This document shows, piece after piece, positions 12,633 to 24,373 of a stretch of DNA of 56,989 bases (within the stretch, counting starts at the first letter, position 1; each line of letters opens with the position of its first letter). Both the position numbers and the translations under genes were made by a program. The DNA is from Ancylonema sp. Lineage: Eukaryota. Under the pieces are notes generated by a model. That model did no database searches. It was not told the origin of the DNA and saw nothing but the letters and a program-made list of their open reading frames with translations. The stretch spans positions 1 to 56,989 of the forward strand of contig JBFLGF010000219.1 of assembly GCA_050230475.1 (NCBI GenBank). Reading direction: 5' to 3'.

Positions 12633-15600
12633 GGCAATAGGGGAGGGGGAGCCACACCTGTGAAACAATACACATTCACTTTGGTGCGTCTCAGCTCCCC
12701 AGGCAGTAGGTCTACACTCAACGCCTCTGCCATTTGCTGCAACCCCCCCCCACTCCCACTCCCACCCCATCACTCCCCATACCTAGATGCCATGATGCTG
12801 ACATCTTTTTGTGCAAACAAAAGTCGAGCCTCACCTTGAGCTGCGTGGCAGTCTGCGGCATTCCGTCTGCGCTGTCAGCTCTGCGAGATGATCGATCCCC
12901 ATCAGGGTCGTTGAGTTGCAGTCCTTCCATGGTTCTTTCCAGCAGCATGGCGCGCAACTGGTCCACAATGTCCTTCAGCGGCAGCGAGTCAAAGGGGTGC
13001 AGCACTGTCTCGAAGTAGTCCAGCTCCAGTGACAGCTGGCAGTACGCATTCGCGTCCAGCTGTTGCAGGTCCTGGTGCTGTAACGCCACCTGGTGAAGGG
13101 CATCCATCAGTCCGTCTGCCAGCATGTTGATGGCTCGTTCCACAAAGGGGCGGCACCCTGCATACACCTCCGCATGCACTGCCACCAAGGGGTGCATGAG
13201 CTCCAACGCAGAGTCGCGCAGACCTCTCACGGGCGGAGCCGTGGCCCACGATGTGCCGTCTTCCAGAAAGTATTTGATGACTGCCATGCCCAGGTGCCCC
13301 GCCTTGATGTCCACATACTTGTCTCCCACCACAGTCTCCAGCGCCACAAACTGTTTCTCCACCTCCCCCACCATCTGCTCCACCTCCCGGCTGTCCCCCT
13401 CCTCCACCCACACCCCCCGGTACCGCTCCATGAGGTGCGGACAGATGGCGGTGCGACAGAACCCCGCGTTGCTCAGCAGCATGAGGATGCGCTGGTCCAC
13501 ACTACACACCTGCACACCCGCCTGCAGGCCCGTGTAGGCGCCACCTGTCGCATCTCCATTGCCTGCCTGTCCCGGATCCCCTCCTGCCTCCTGCCCCACC
13601 CCTGGAGCCTGAGGCAGCGCCACTGCCATCTTCTCGAGGCAGTCGCAGAAGTCGAAGAAGGATTCAGAGAACGTGGTCTTCATGCTGTCCAGCAGCGCAT
13701 GTAGCCCATTGCCCCCCTGCCCCTGCCCCTGCATGTGCGTGTGCGGTTCGTCCTCCCTCATCCCCATCAGCACATCACGCATGTGGTCCAGTGCCTTCAC
13801 CAGAGCATCACGGAAGTGGAGGGGGTACGCGGAGATGCCGTACGGCGACTCCCCCCTCTCTGCTGTGGCTGCCGGCACCCACTCCTCCTTTCCCGCCAGC
13901 TCCCCGCTGCCCCCCTTGTAATGTAACACACGCGGCGCACAAAGCGACGAGTCACCTCCATGCGAAGGTGGTCAGGGCGGCCAGGGCCTGGGGGGGAGCA
14001 GAGTCGCGCTGCTTCAGGGTGTGGCATAGGTAAGCCACCTGTCCCACCGCCTGCTTCAGGTACGGCCGTAATTCCACTGCATGCTCCAGCTGCGAGAGTG
14101 CTAACAGCACCTTGGTCTCGTACAGCCCTATGATGCCCACCACCATCACCGCCACCTCCTCCGTGCTGTGGCGACTGTACCCCTTGGCGCTCTCAAACGC
14201 ACCGAACTTGCCGCCGAAGATGGCCAGCGCCAGTTTCCAGAACCGCGGGAGGTGCTGAGTGAGCACGAGGGTGAGGCGCTTAATGAGACGCGCGTGCAGC
14301 TGGTCTGCCTCAACATCATGTGCCACCTCTTGAGCAGAGTCGAGCAGAGAGGCGCTTCGAGAAGATGTCCTGATCCTGCAGACAGGGAAGCATGGGGGCA
14401 GGGGGGCCTGTTAGAGGGAGAGAGAGTTCTCCACCTCTGACCTCCTGGTCCGGGAGAGAGAAGAGGGAGGGGGAGAGGAGGGAGAGGAGGGAAGAGAGAG
14501 AGGAGGGAGAGGGTAGGGCAGAATGTACTGACGTGGACGGGGAAGTTGAGTGACTTTGCTTTTATGGACTCGTGCACCGCGCTGTCGTACTCCCCCTTGC
14601 GGACAAACCCTCGGATGACACTTGGCAGGTTGAAGAGGGTGCGGAACCGCTGCAGCAAGCCCTGCACGGAGCGGATGCGCTCCACCTGTGCCTGACGCTC
14701 CAGCAGGGGACTGAACGCACGCCTTGCCACCTCATCGCAGTCACGCAGAGACTCGCTCAGTTTCTCTGTGCCAGACCCAGCCATGTCCGCCTCCATCTGC
14801 TCCAGCCGGCTGTGGATGTCCTGAATGGAGTTCTTGGCCGAGATGAAGACGTCAAAATGGTCCTTCACTAGCTGCTTGCGCTGCTCCTCGTGGGAGGAGT
14901 GGTCTTGCTGCAACACTGCACGACCCTTCTCCAGCTCTGCCACCCCCGTGTTCTTGTGGATGCGCGCCAGGTAGTACCGCCCGTTGAACTTGTCGTCGTA
15001 CGACATAATCTTCTCCGTGGCCCCCTGCAGGTCGGCTGGGGGTGCCACCCCCAGGCTGCTGTTGCGTCTGAGCGCGATTGACTTTAGGTCCAGAGGGCCC
15101 ATCCCCAGGGGGTCCATCACCTCCCCAGCCTCCACCTCCACCCCACCACTCATCCGCCGCAGCAAGGGGGCAGAGGGGGCAGACCCACGCGGCAACCGCA
15201 TCTCACGCACCTTACGCACAAGCTGCACCCCAAAGCACCACCAGCCTCAGTGCTGCAGTGCTGCAGTGCTGGTGGAGGGGGGCGGTGGACGTACCTCTTG
15301 CTCGTCCACATCCTCCCAGAGCTCCGGTTCCCCGCTGTCGTTCTCTGACACAGGCTCGGGCTCCACTGCCCCACGCATTGACATGGAGGACTGGCGCACA
15401 GTGGGGGGAGCACGGGCGGCAGCCTGACCACGCATCACACGTGTCTCCTGACGCTCCAAGGCAGCCTGGAGGAGGAAGGAGGGGGGGAATGCGGCATGAG
15501 GTAGAAGAATGGAGGTGAATGGTGCGATATTGACTCGACTGTCAGAGAGTGGAGGACATTACGCCTTTGGCAGTCTCGCATTCTCTGAATATCGGTGACT

Positions 15601-16098
15601 TGGTGCAGTACTTACTCTGCGTGTGGGCTCAACCTCATCCTCAGAGGACATTCCGAGCAATTCTTCGTCAGTGTCATCATCATCCTCCCCTCCACGGCCG
15701 CTTGACTTGGGAGGCAGCTGTGCCGTAGGCGGTGGTTTCTTTGAAGGAGCGACCACCGCGGGTGGTGGTACCGTAGTTTTGGGCGGGAGGACAAGGGGCT
15801 TTGATATGCTCCCTCCCCCAGACCCCTTCGAACTAGAACTCTTACTTGATTTCTTCCCACTGGTCCCGGTGATTCCACGCAGCTTTCCTAAATAACCCCC
15901 CTGCTTTTTATCGGGAGTGGGTTGCGGAGGGGAATCGCCTCGGACGTCTAGTTTTGCCATCTGGTGACGGAAAAAATCATCCTCCTCCCGTTCCTGAGCG
16001 CTCCCTCCTCCACCATTGTCCTTACTTCCGACTTCTTGAGTCCCCTCCAAGCGCGCCATTGGACTGCGGAAGAAGGCCTCCTCCTCATCATCACTCAT
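12629..16098 (-). CDS. SEC5: Exocyst complex component Sec5/EXOC2 (frameshifted and incomplete as assembled)
   Basis: Exons 16098-15616, 15465-15295, 15222-14533, about 14375-12835, 12736-12629. Motifs KQLVKDHFDVFISAKNSIQDIH, LLERQAQVERIRSVQGLLQRFRTLFNLP, HLPRFWKLAL, SPYGISAYPLHFR, DQRILMLLSN, ELRRTKVNVYCF match plant Sec5. 1-bp frameshifts near 13967 and 13903. Confidence 0.88.
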
Positions 16099-17022
16099 CG
16101 TGGCAGGTCAGGAGGTACGCCGATGCGGATGAAATTAGGAAGTAACTGTCAGAATGTAATCTGTTTTTCTAACAGTGTATGCTATGTATGCTATGTATGC
16201 TATTGTGTATGCTATCGATCAGCGACTTCTACAATGATATGGGAGGTTTAGAGGTGCAAACGCACACGACAGTTACAGCCACGACTTTGTCGCAATGCTG
16301 GGTTGGAATCGGCCCGGGAAGTGCGCTGTCTCTCCCCGGCAATTTTTTTTTGGGGGTGTGCAACGAAGGCGATGTCCGTACGCTCCGCACGTTCGACGGT
16401 CTCAGCGATTTTGTCTTTATTGCGTACGACTCATAATTTCGACCAATTGTCGGTGTCGAACGTGTGCACATTAAATTGGCCGCCTTTGCCGGTCAGCGTG
16501 CATTTCTCTGACCACTGCCCGTCTGTCTGAGCTGCCTCCACTGGCAGCACTGGAAAATGATGCACTACTACTTGCCCTCATGACTTGACACAAAGAAAAA
16601 TGCAGCTTCCGGGATGGATGCGAACCGAAACTGTTTCATTGGCACAGAAAGAAAGTGCTCTAAATTTTGCGTGCGCCCAGTTTATATTTTGAGGATGAAA
16701 TGGGTGCCAATATGGGTGCCATGACCTTCGGCATGTAACTATTGTCCTCTCAAACTCCATGTGGCGTTCGCGGTGAGACCAAATCAATAATCAGCCATGT
16801 ACCCAGCATCCTCCACTACAGACATGAGGCACCGAGTACATAATGCCCCTTGATGTTTATGTTTACGCACCTTCCCTTAAGACTCATCTACGATTACTAA
16901 TTGTGAAATATAATCAAATATGCTTCGCACATTTTTCATGTTTTATGTTGATGAGGCTCACGCAGTTCTCTTTTACGTTGTGACAAAATCATGGGCATTA
17001 TACATATTGTCTATGTCTTTAC

Positions 17023-17250
17023 TCACAAGAACATCTGTCTAACCTGAAGACTCTTCATCATCTCTCCGATACAAAACACATATAAGCATTTTGTTAGAAA
17101 ATAATCGCTGGCCCCTCTTAGAACAGTCCTGGCCTGCCAGTCAAAGCTGGGGGGGCTGGATGGGCCCTCATACCCTAGCATTCTCTTTATGTCGAGGTAT
17201 CTACGCATTTTCACCAATAACCCATCACAATCCTTCCTATTGACGATGGA
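17023..17250 (-). mobile_element. Possible highly degenerate Ty3/gypsy pol remnant
   Basis: DGLLVKMRRYLD...VLRGASDYFL loosely resembles the RNaseH-integrase linker of gypsy elements. No catalytic motif seen. Confidence 0.2.
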
Positions 17251-17690
17251 ACCGACTCCAATGTCAGATTATGCCAACACGGCTGTGGCTGGTAGGAGGA
17301 GGCTCGATTGAATCCGGTGCAAGAAACCTTTTCGAGAGCTACATCCCTCTAGATTCTGGAGAGGGAGGCGAAGGGAGCAGCGGTGGCACCTACATTAAGA
17401 AACTTATGCCTGGAATCCAGCCAAGGCCACTTTGAGGTGCTAGTGACGGTAAAGGAGAACTGCATCTGGAGTCGAGGACGTCCTCATCCCAAACCCAGTT
17501 TTTTTATTTCAAATCATACTAATGGCAGATACGGGTGCGGGTTACAGACCACACAGACTATTTATCCTCACCTGTATGGCAGGTAGGAATCTCTTTCTCA
17601 AACATATGCCCTCGAACATTTCTATTAGTAGAAAGCGTCCTCTTGCATGTGTTGTTGTATGGACCAAAACAAGAAACACCAAAACAATTC

Positions 17691-19815
17691 CTACACCTTC
17701 CTTTCCGATCTTGACTCTGCAATCAGGCACAGCATTTCAAACATCATGTTGGCTGCAACTCGTTGTGTGTTTCCGGTCGGGTCGAATGGAGGTGAAGTGC
17801 ACACAAAATCTCCCCCAACCAGGTGCAGACCTCGAAGACCCCGAAGCAAAAATTGGGCCTCCAACGTTGTTAGGCCCCCATCCTGCACACATTCCTGTTG
17901 TCAGAATTTGACCATTACTCGGACCATCTCTACAGATGCTAGTCAATACCTTAGACTCGAGTACGTTCCTCTGATAGCTTGGATTTACTTTGATGAGCCT
18001 ATAATGTAACCCAAAAATAACACACCAGACACCTTATCGCAAGGGCAGTATTCCGTAATCTGTGAAGTCTAGGTAGCACTTCTTCCTCACCTCTGGGGAA
18101 CCCGTCCCGAGAGCAAAGGACGGATCAAGAGCATCGACGTCGAAGGTGACGTACGTTGGCATGTCACCCACCACCTGCATCACCTCACCACACACCTCCT
18201 CAACCTTCCGCATTTACAGAGTATTATGGTTTGTGCTTCACACACCTTTCGCGCCAACGCTGCTACTTTGTGTGGCCCCAATTCAGCAAAATCTTCCATA
18301 GTAACCACCGTCATGCCCCACTCCTTGCTCATCATGCGAGAAGAGGACACAGGGCCACGAATACCGATCTGGATTGTTCTCTTGGGGTCAAGTAGACCCT
18401 CCTCCACCGCATTGCTGAAGGGAGTGCCGTTCCAGAACTGCAATCCCCTTCATACACCACCCACATGAACACTCTCAACTCGCAGAGGGATGCACGCAGC
18501 AAAGCGCCATACCTTGGATCCCATGCTCTCCTCCGATTCCTTAGTGTCTGATGTGTCCATGTGAGCATCCAGGTGGACCATGCCCACAGGGCCGTGCTTC
18601 TCTGCCAGCGCCCTCAGTATGGGCAGCGTGATGCTGTGGTCGCCGCCAGCAGTGAGCGGAAAAATTCCACGCTGGCAGATGGGACGGTAGAATGCCTCAA
18701 TCTCGCGGTGGGCACTCTCCACTCCAGACCAGGGGTGCTCCGACCATACATCCCCCACTGTAGACAGGAGTCAGGTCTGGAGCCTGTGTGCTGCCCGAGG
18801 GGTATGTGTGACTCACCATCTGCAATCTTGCAGAGAGAGTACGGAGATATCCCGGTGGATCCATGGATTTTGCGTAGCATACTGGACTTGTTGCGGATTT
18901 CACGAGGACCGAAACGAGTGCCAGGATGGCTGGCGCCCCCATCAAATGGAACACCAACAAGAGCAATGTCAAGCTACACGAAGGGATGGACATATGAAAA
19001 GTCAGAAAAGTGCAGTTGTCACAGAAATACATCGGTTTGACATATTCTTATCTCATAAACATGGCAATGTCCTTGAAGACACCCACCCAAGGCAAGTTTT
19101 TTGTCGATTCTTCATGTCTAAGGATACGCAAAATGCAGGAAGGTGTGAATGAGTAGCCAAGCAAAGTAAGAAAAAAAAATCGTGCATGTAACATATCGCT
19201 AAGTACAATGATATTTAGAGGATCGAGTCACTGATAACATCAGACTATCATCGACAATGGTGGATTCCAGTCACGTGCATAATGAACACTCTTGTCTAAC
19301 ATTCACCATGAACTGAAAAATTGAAAAATTGCCAAGGCCGGACGAACAGCAAGATGTCATTGACGGCAGAGATAGAAGGTACTTGACTTCCATAAACTGT
19401 GTTCTCTCCATTCCTCAACATTTATGAGGAGCAGCGATATGATGTATTTTGTGTCCATTTGAATATGATAACTCTCTCTTATTGAATTTGAATTTTGCAC
19501 TCATACACATTAAGGCCGGACCCTGACCTCGTCCAGATTTTCAGCCAGTGGTGCCTTCAGCAGAGTAGGAAGGCCAGAAAACTTGGGAACTCCATGAAAC
19601 AATGGTTTCTGCCAGCGATGCAATTCCAGCGATGCTGGAGGGGAAGGTGAGCTGGAAAAGCATCTGAAGTAGCAGCATGCATCCAGATTGGGAATCAGGG
19701 CAGAGGTATCACGTGCGTGGCGCTGGTCAGAACAATGGATGCCCGGGACCACGCGATAGCAATTATATCTTTTCAGCCGCGAACCTATCCGATTAGCTAT
19801 CTTACTATATGTCAT
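17691..19815 (-). CDS. Agmatinase-like ureohydrolase (arginase family), copy A, complete, 6 exons, about 385 aa
   Basis: Exons 19815-19528, 18973-18817, 18757-18513, 18437-18246, 18174-18091, 17882-17691. Motifs [45 protein letters not shown]. Basic Arg/Ser-rich N-terminal extension, possibly an organellar transit peptide. Confidence 0.92.
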
Positions 19816-20499
19816 GTTTGATCTCAATTCAATTCACCCTCATTGCTGACTGACAGAGTGAAATGCTTGTACGAAGAGATAGTTGTGTACGTGCTAAGAA
19901 AGATTGGGGTATGAGCTGATGTGCTGATTCCTGAGCAGCGCCACAGGCTTTCAAGGCAGTGCCAGCTGAGTTGCTGCTGTAAGCAGTGTCAGGTTCGACG
20001 ATATGCGCCTATAGAACGATAATTCGAGGCGATATTTCGAATATTGAAGTATTATTATTATCTGTTTATAAAGAGGGGTCTGTATGTGCAAATAGCATCT
20101 CTGATTGGTTCACTTTCGCGGAAGTGGCCTAAAAAGACGAGGGCTCTTGTTTGCTTGCTTGACGCTGTCTTCTGGCTTCCGGGGCACATATCGTAGCCAC
20201 GGTCGAGCACCTAAGATGAGTTTGGGGTCTGGCCTTCTTGACATTGCAACAATTACACCCCTCGTATGCGAGGACAACGAGTAGTGAAGGATGGCATGTG
20301 ACTGAATATCTCGGAATTTGATGAAAAGCGTCTCAGGTGCCCTCTGCATACTTTCATTGAATAAATGCTGGAAATTTGGCCCCGTGTGGCATACTACGGC
20401 ATTTTCATCAGGGCTTGGCGCTCGTCACCACCTGCGACTCCAAGCCAAGTGTTGAGATTTATTTCGCAAGTCACCTACTTATTACCAGCGTCGGCGTAG

Positions 20500-20918
20500 A
20501 TGGACTTCAACCAAAGAATGATGCTTTTGACAGCAGCGGTAGTCGTGGTGACAGGAGCGGTGCTAGTGACAGCAGATTATGGAGCCGAGAGAAATGTATT
20601 TTCTGACGTGAGGGCTCCCTCCTGGTTCTGATACGAGGCAATACATTGAGATCATATGTGTCTCGTGTGAGTCTCTTGCATGCCTTCATCTCAAGCTGTT
20701 CCAGTCTTGCATGAATCTGACAATTCAGGGCAATTCGTTCACAAACGCTTTGTTCAAATGCATACTTCTGACTGCAGGCAAGCAGATTCGCTAGTTTAAC
20801 TTGGAAACGGATGCTGCAACCTACGGCTGGAGAATTAGAAGAGCTAAAGAGGCGTGGTGGCCATACAAGTGTGAGCTCACAAGAGAGGCACAATGGAAAG
20901 GAGAGAGAGGACGCTTGA
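20500..20918 (+). CDS. Unannotated 82-aa single-TM microprotein, copy A (2 exons)
   Basis: Exon 20500-20607 MDFNQRMMLLTAAVVVVTGAVLVTADYGAERNVFSD; intron GTGAGG...CTGCAG; exon 20778-20918 ASRFASLTWKRMLQPTAGELEELKRRGGHTSVSSQERHNGKEREDA*. Mostly synonymous differences versus copy C. Confidence 0.82.
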
Positions 20919-21621
20919 GGGACAAACAAGTCCACAAGGGACCACATAATGGTCGAACATAAAGAACACTCTAACATGAAGACCCTCATCGAAATTGTCC
21001 TCTACTACAGTTTAGCATTGTTTTTTTTCCAAACTACTAGGACTGAGGTCAACTTCAATATTAATGCCTCTATAAGTCTGCAAGATAGTAGAAAAAAGGG
21101 AACACTTACCTAGGAGGCGCAACAAAAGTTGAATTTTGTGGTGTTTGAATTATCACAAGCTTGTTCGAGTTTGTGACCAAAACTATTTGTATCGACATGA
21201 TTCTGGTGCCTTTGCTGAATATTTCACGCCAATATGCATCACCACTGTTCATTTCACAACCCCCCATTCCATGACAAACTCCAATGACTCCTGGGAGCAT
21301 CATCTTTGTTGCGAATTCCTTTGATCATACTTAGCCATAACACACCTAGATAGCATGTCCGGCTTATTCATCGTCAATTTGAATGTATTTACCTTTCCAT
21401 ACCTTCTTACATATGGAAAGCTTTTTGGATGTACTTGTTGCCTATGGAATCTATTGGGAAGCACCCTTCGCCTTTGGGTTGTATTGTCCAATTTCAATGC
21501 CTGCATTTCTAATCGAACAAGGACCATAAATACTTCGTGATTCTATTTCATGCTCCCCACCTTTTTTATTGTCACACGAAATTGTAGACTAACTCCTTTT
21601 ATAAATAGTTTCAAGGGGTGA

Positions 21622-21742
21622 TATCTAATCTATTATTCGGGCAAAATTTATGGCTGACGTGACTGCTATAATGACTGCATGTGTATGGGCACTTTACCAG
21701 ATTCTTGAGTTGTGATTGGTGCGATCCATAGCCATGGATCCA
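21622..21742 (+). repeat. LTR-family internal motif (homologous to 1562-1680); duplicated at 25077-25197
   Basis: TCTAATCTATTATTCGGGCAAAATTTATGGCTG...ATGTGTATGGGCACTTTA...CCATAGCCATGGATCCA aligns with 1562-1680. Confidence 0.7.
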
Positions 21743-22504
21743 TCAGTGGGGCGGGGGCGGGGGCGGGGGCGGGCTGGTCTTGGGATGGGAGGGGAGGTCA
21801 CCCTCCTCTCCGCCATCACTGCTGAACGGGGCCTCCTCCTCCACCAATACCTACGAAAGTGGGAAGCCAGATGTGAGTGAGCGTGTGGTTCACGGATGGG
21901 GGTTTGCAAACCAGCCATACTATTCAACACTCCACGGTGGTATTGGATGGGAGTAGTGATGTAGAATATGGACTCACTCACCTCTGGCTCGGTCGAGGCG
22001 GCGGTGTGTGGGGGGGGGGGAAGTTGGAGAGGAGGAGAGGGCAATCATGGGGGGGGGACGGTCATAGCTCTCGCCCCCACGCGTGGGCGAGGGGAGGTGC
22101 GGGGGCGTGGAGGGTTGAGGGGGGATGGGGGTGAAGGGGGTCGGTTCCATGGGTGGTGGGGAGGGGGGAGGTGATGGTGATGTGGGTCGGGAGGGGAAGT
22201 GGTCCTTTGTCTTCACACACCAAAGAGGGAGGGGAGGAAGGTCGTCGTCTTCCTCCTCCTAATCACCCCATGCCCTCTCAAAGAGAGAAACTATGGGGAA
22301 GAGTGCATGCACCACAATAAGAAAGCCACAATGAGAAAGCCACGGAAGAGGGGTGAGGGAATTGAGGGCTCGTGGTAGACCGTGGAGGATGAGTTGCGCA
22401 CACAGGTGTGGGCTAGAACGTGACTCAAATGATTCTTATTCACTTTAAGGTTCAATGATATGTATGGTAAAATTCAGTTGTGGCACAAATACCCACGCTT
22501 AACC

Positions 22505-22685
22505 TGGATCTGAAGCTGAATCAGAATCGGAACCTAATCAGATTCTGAATCTGAATCACAATGAGTATCAATATCGGTATCAGACTCAGATTCTGATCCG
22601 AAGCTGAATCAGAATCAGAATTTGAAGTTGAGTCAGATTTCCGATTTTAAAGTCGACGTAGAACCAGAATCAGAATTGGAGAATT
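22505..22685. repeat. Degenerate hexamer repeat (TCAGAA/TCTGAA), Ser-Asp/Glu-like
   Basis: Repeated GAATCA/GATTCT units with 6-bp periodicity. Confidence 0.7.
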
Positions 22686-23025
22686 ACAAGTTTTAAACAA
22701 CTTTACACTATCCATATCACCACACCCCAGCCTCCCTCTCCCCTCACCTCCGGTATGGCCATGGCAGGCTTTGTCGAGGGGATGTAATCACTCGCAGGAG
22801 GGAGAGGATGGACACAGGCCGGAGCAGGCCTCGGGATGGAAGAGGGACAGCTGGCTAGGGAGGGGCCAGAATGGAGGGAGTGTGGAGGGGGAGCCACATG
22901 AAGGGATTATGCGCCCAGGCTGGCTGGCTGTACACCTGGCAGAGATTTGACGACCTTCACCAGAAATGCATGCCATACTCCCCACCACCGGAAGTTGTGA
23001 GCTAAGAACAAGCATGCATTTTCAT

Positions 23026-23080
23026 CAGAGTGAAAGGGAAAGCGAAAGTGAAAGCGAAAGCGAAAGTGAAAGCGAAGCAA
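23026..23080. repeat. (GAAAGY)n hexamer repeat next to the duplication breakpoint
   Basis: GAAAGC/GAAAGT repeated about 8 times. Confidence 0.85.
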
Positions 23081-23115
23081 ATGAGCGTACTAAAAAAGAA
23101 ACCAGTCCGACCACC

Positions 23116-23270
23116 CATCTAAAGTAGCAGCATGCATCCAGATTGGGAATCAGGGCAGAGGTATCACGTGCGTGGCGCTGGTCAGAACAATGGATGCCCG
23201 GGACCACGCGATAGCAATTATATCTTTTCAGCCGCGAACCTATCCGATTAGCTATCTTACTATATGTCAT
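23116..23270 (-). pseudogene. Ureohydrolase copy B: only the first about 50 codons of exon 1
   Basis: Near-identical to 19661-19815, then fused to unrelated sequence that reads into the SLSLSL repeat. Confidence 0.88.
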
Positions 23271-23954
23271 GTTTGATCTCAATTCAATTCACCCTCATTG
23301 CTGACTGACAGAGTGAAATGCTTGTACGAAGAGATAGTTGTGTACGTGCTAAGAAAGATTGGGGTATGAGCTGATGTGCTGATTCCTGAGCAGCGCCACA
23401 GGCTTTCAAGGCAGTGCCAGCTGAGTTGCTGCTGTAAGCAGTGTCAGGTTCGACGATATGCGCCTATAGAACGATAATTCGAGGCGATATTTCGAATATT
23501 GAAGTATTATTATTATCTGTTTATAAAGAGGGGTCTGTATGTGCAAATAGCATCTCTGATTGGTTCACTTTCGCGGAAGTGGCCTAAAAAGACGAGGGCT
23601 CTTGTTTGCTTGCTTGACGCTGTCTTCTGGCTTCCGGGGCACATATCGTAGCCACGGTCGAGCACCTAAGATGAGTTTGGGGTCTGGCCTTCTTGACATT
23701 GCAACAATTACACCCCTCGTATGCGAGGACAACGAGTAGTGAAGGATGGCATGTGACTGAATATCTCGGAATTTGATGAAAAGCGTCTCAGGTGCCCTCT
23801 GCATACTTTCATTGAATAAATGCTGGAAATTTGGCCCCGTGTGGCATACTACGGCATTTTCATCAGGGCTTGGCGCTCGTCACCACCTGCGACTCCAAGC
23901 CAAGTGTTGAGATTTATTTCGCAAGTCACCTACTTATTACCAGCGTCGGCGTAG

Positions 23955-24373
23955 ATGGACTTCAACCAAAGAATGATGCTTTTGACAGCAGCGGTAGTCG
24001 TGGTGACAGGAGCGGTGCTAGTGACAGCAGATTATGGAGCCGAGAGAAATGTATTTTCTGACGTGAGGGCTCCCTCCTGGTTCTGATACGAGGCAATACA
24101 TTGAGATCATATGTGTCTCGTGTGAGTCTCTTGCATGCCTTCATCTCAAGCTGTTCCAGTCTTGCATGAATCTGACAATTCAGGGCAATTCGTTCACAAA
24201 CGCTTTGTTCAAATGCATACTTCTGACTGCAGGCAAGCAGATTCGCTAGTTTAACTTGGAAACGGATGCTGCAACCTACGGCTGGAGAATTAGAAGAGCT
24301 AAAGAGGCGTGGTGGCCATACAAGTGTGAGCTCACAAGAGAGGCACAATGGAAAGGAGAGAGAGGACGCTTGA
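23955..24373 (+). CDS. 82-aa microprotein, copy B
   Basis: Exons 23955-24062 and 24233-24373; no differences from copy A noticed. Confidence 0.78.

Larger units (their letters stand above)
19661..22207. repeat. Segmental duplication unit 1 (near-identical to 23116-25656)
   Basis: Direct repeat at offset 3455. I noticed only about 5 substitutions and one 6-bp indel in a (GGGGGC)n run. Confidence 0.95.

Noticed and set aside
15559..15615. GC donor or stop at the end of the first Sec5 ORF
   Set aside because: A perfect in-phase AGA|GTAAGT donor at 15616/15615 explains the structure.
20507..20989. 160-aa minus-strand ORF (also 23962-24444 and 27903-28085) and plus-strand ORFs 20376-20606 / 27796-28002
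   Set aside because: A-versus-C substitutions are mostly non-synonymous in these frames but synonymous in the spliced + frame starting at 20500, so they are shadow ORFs.
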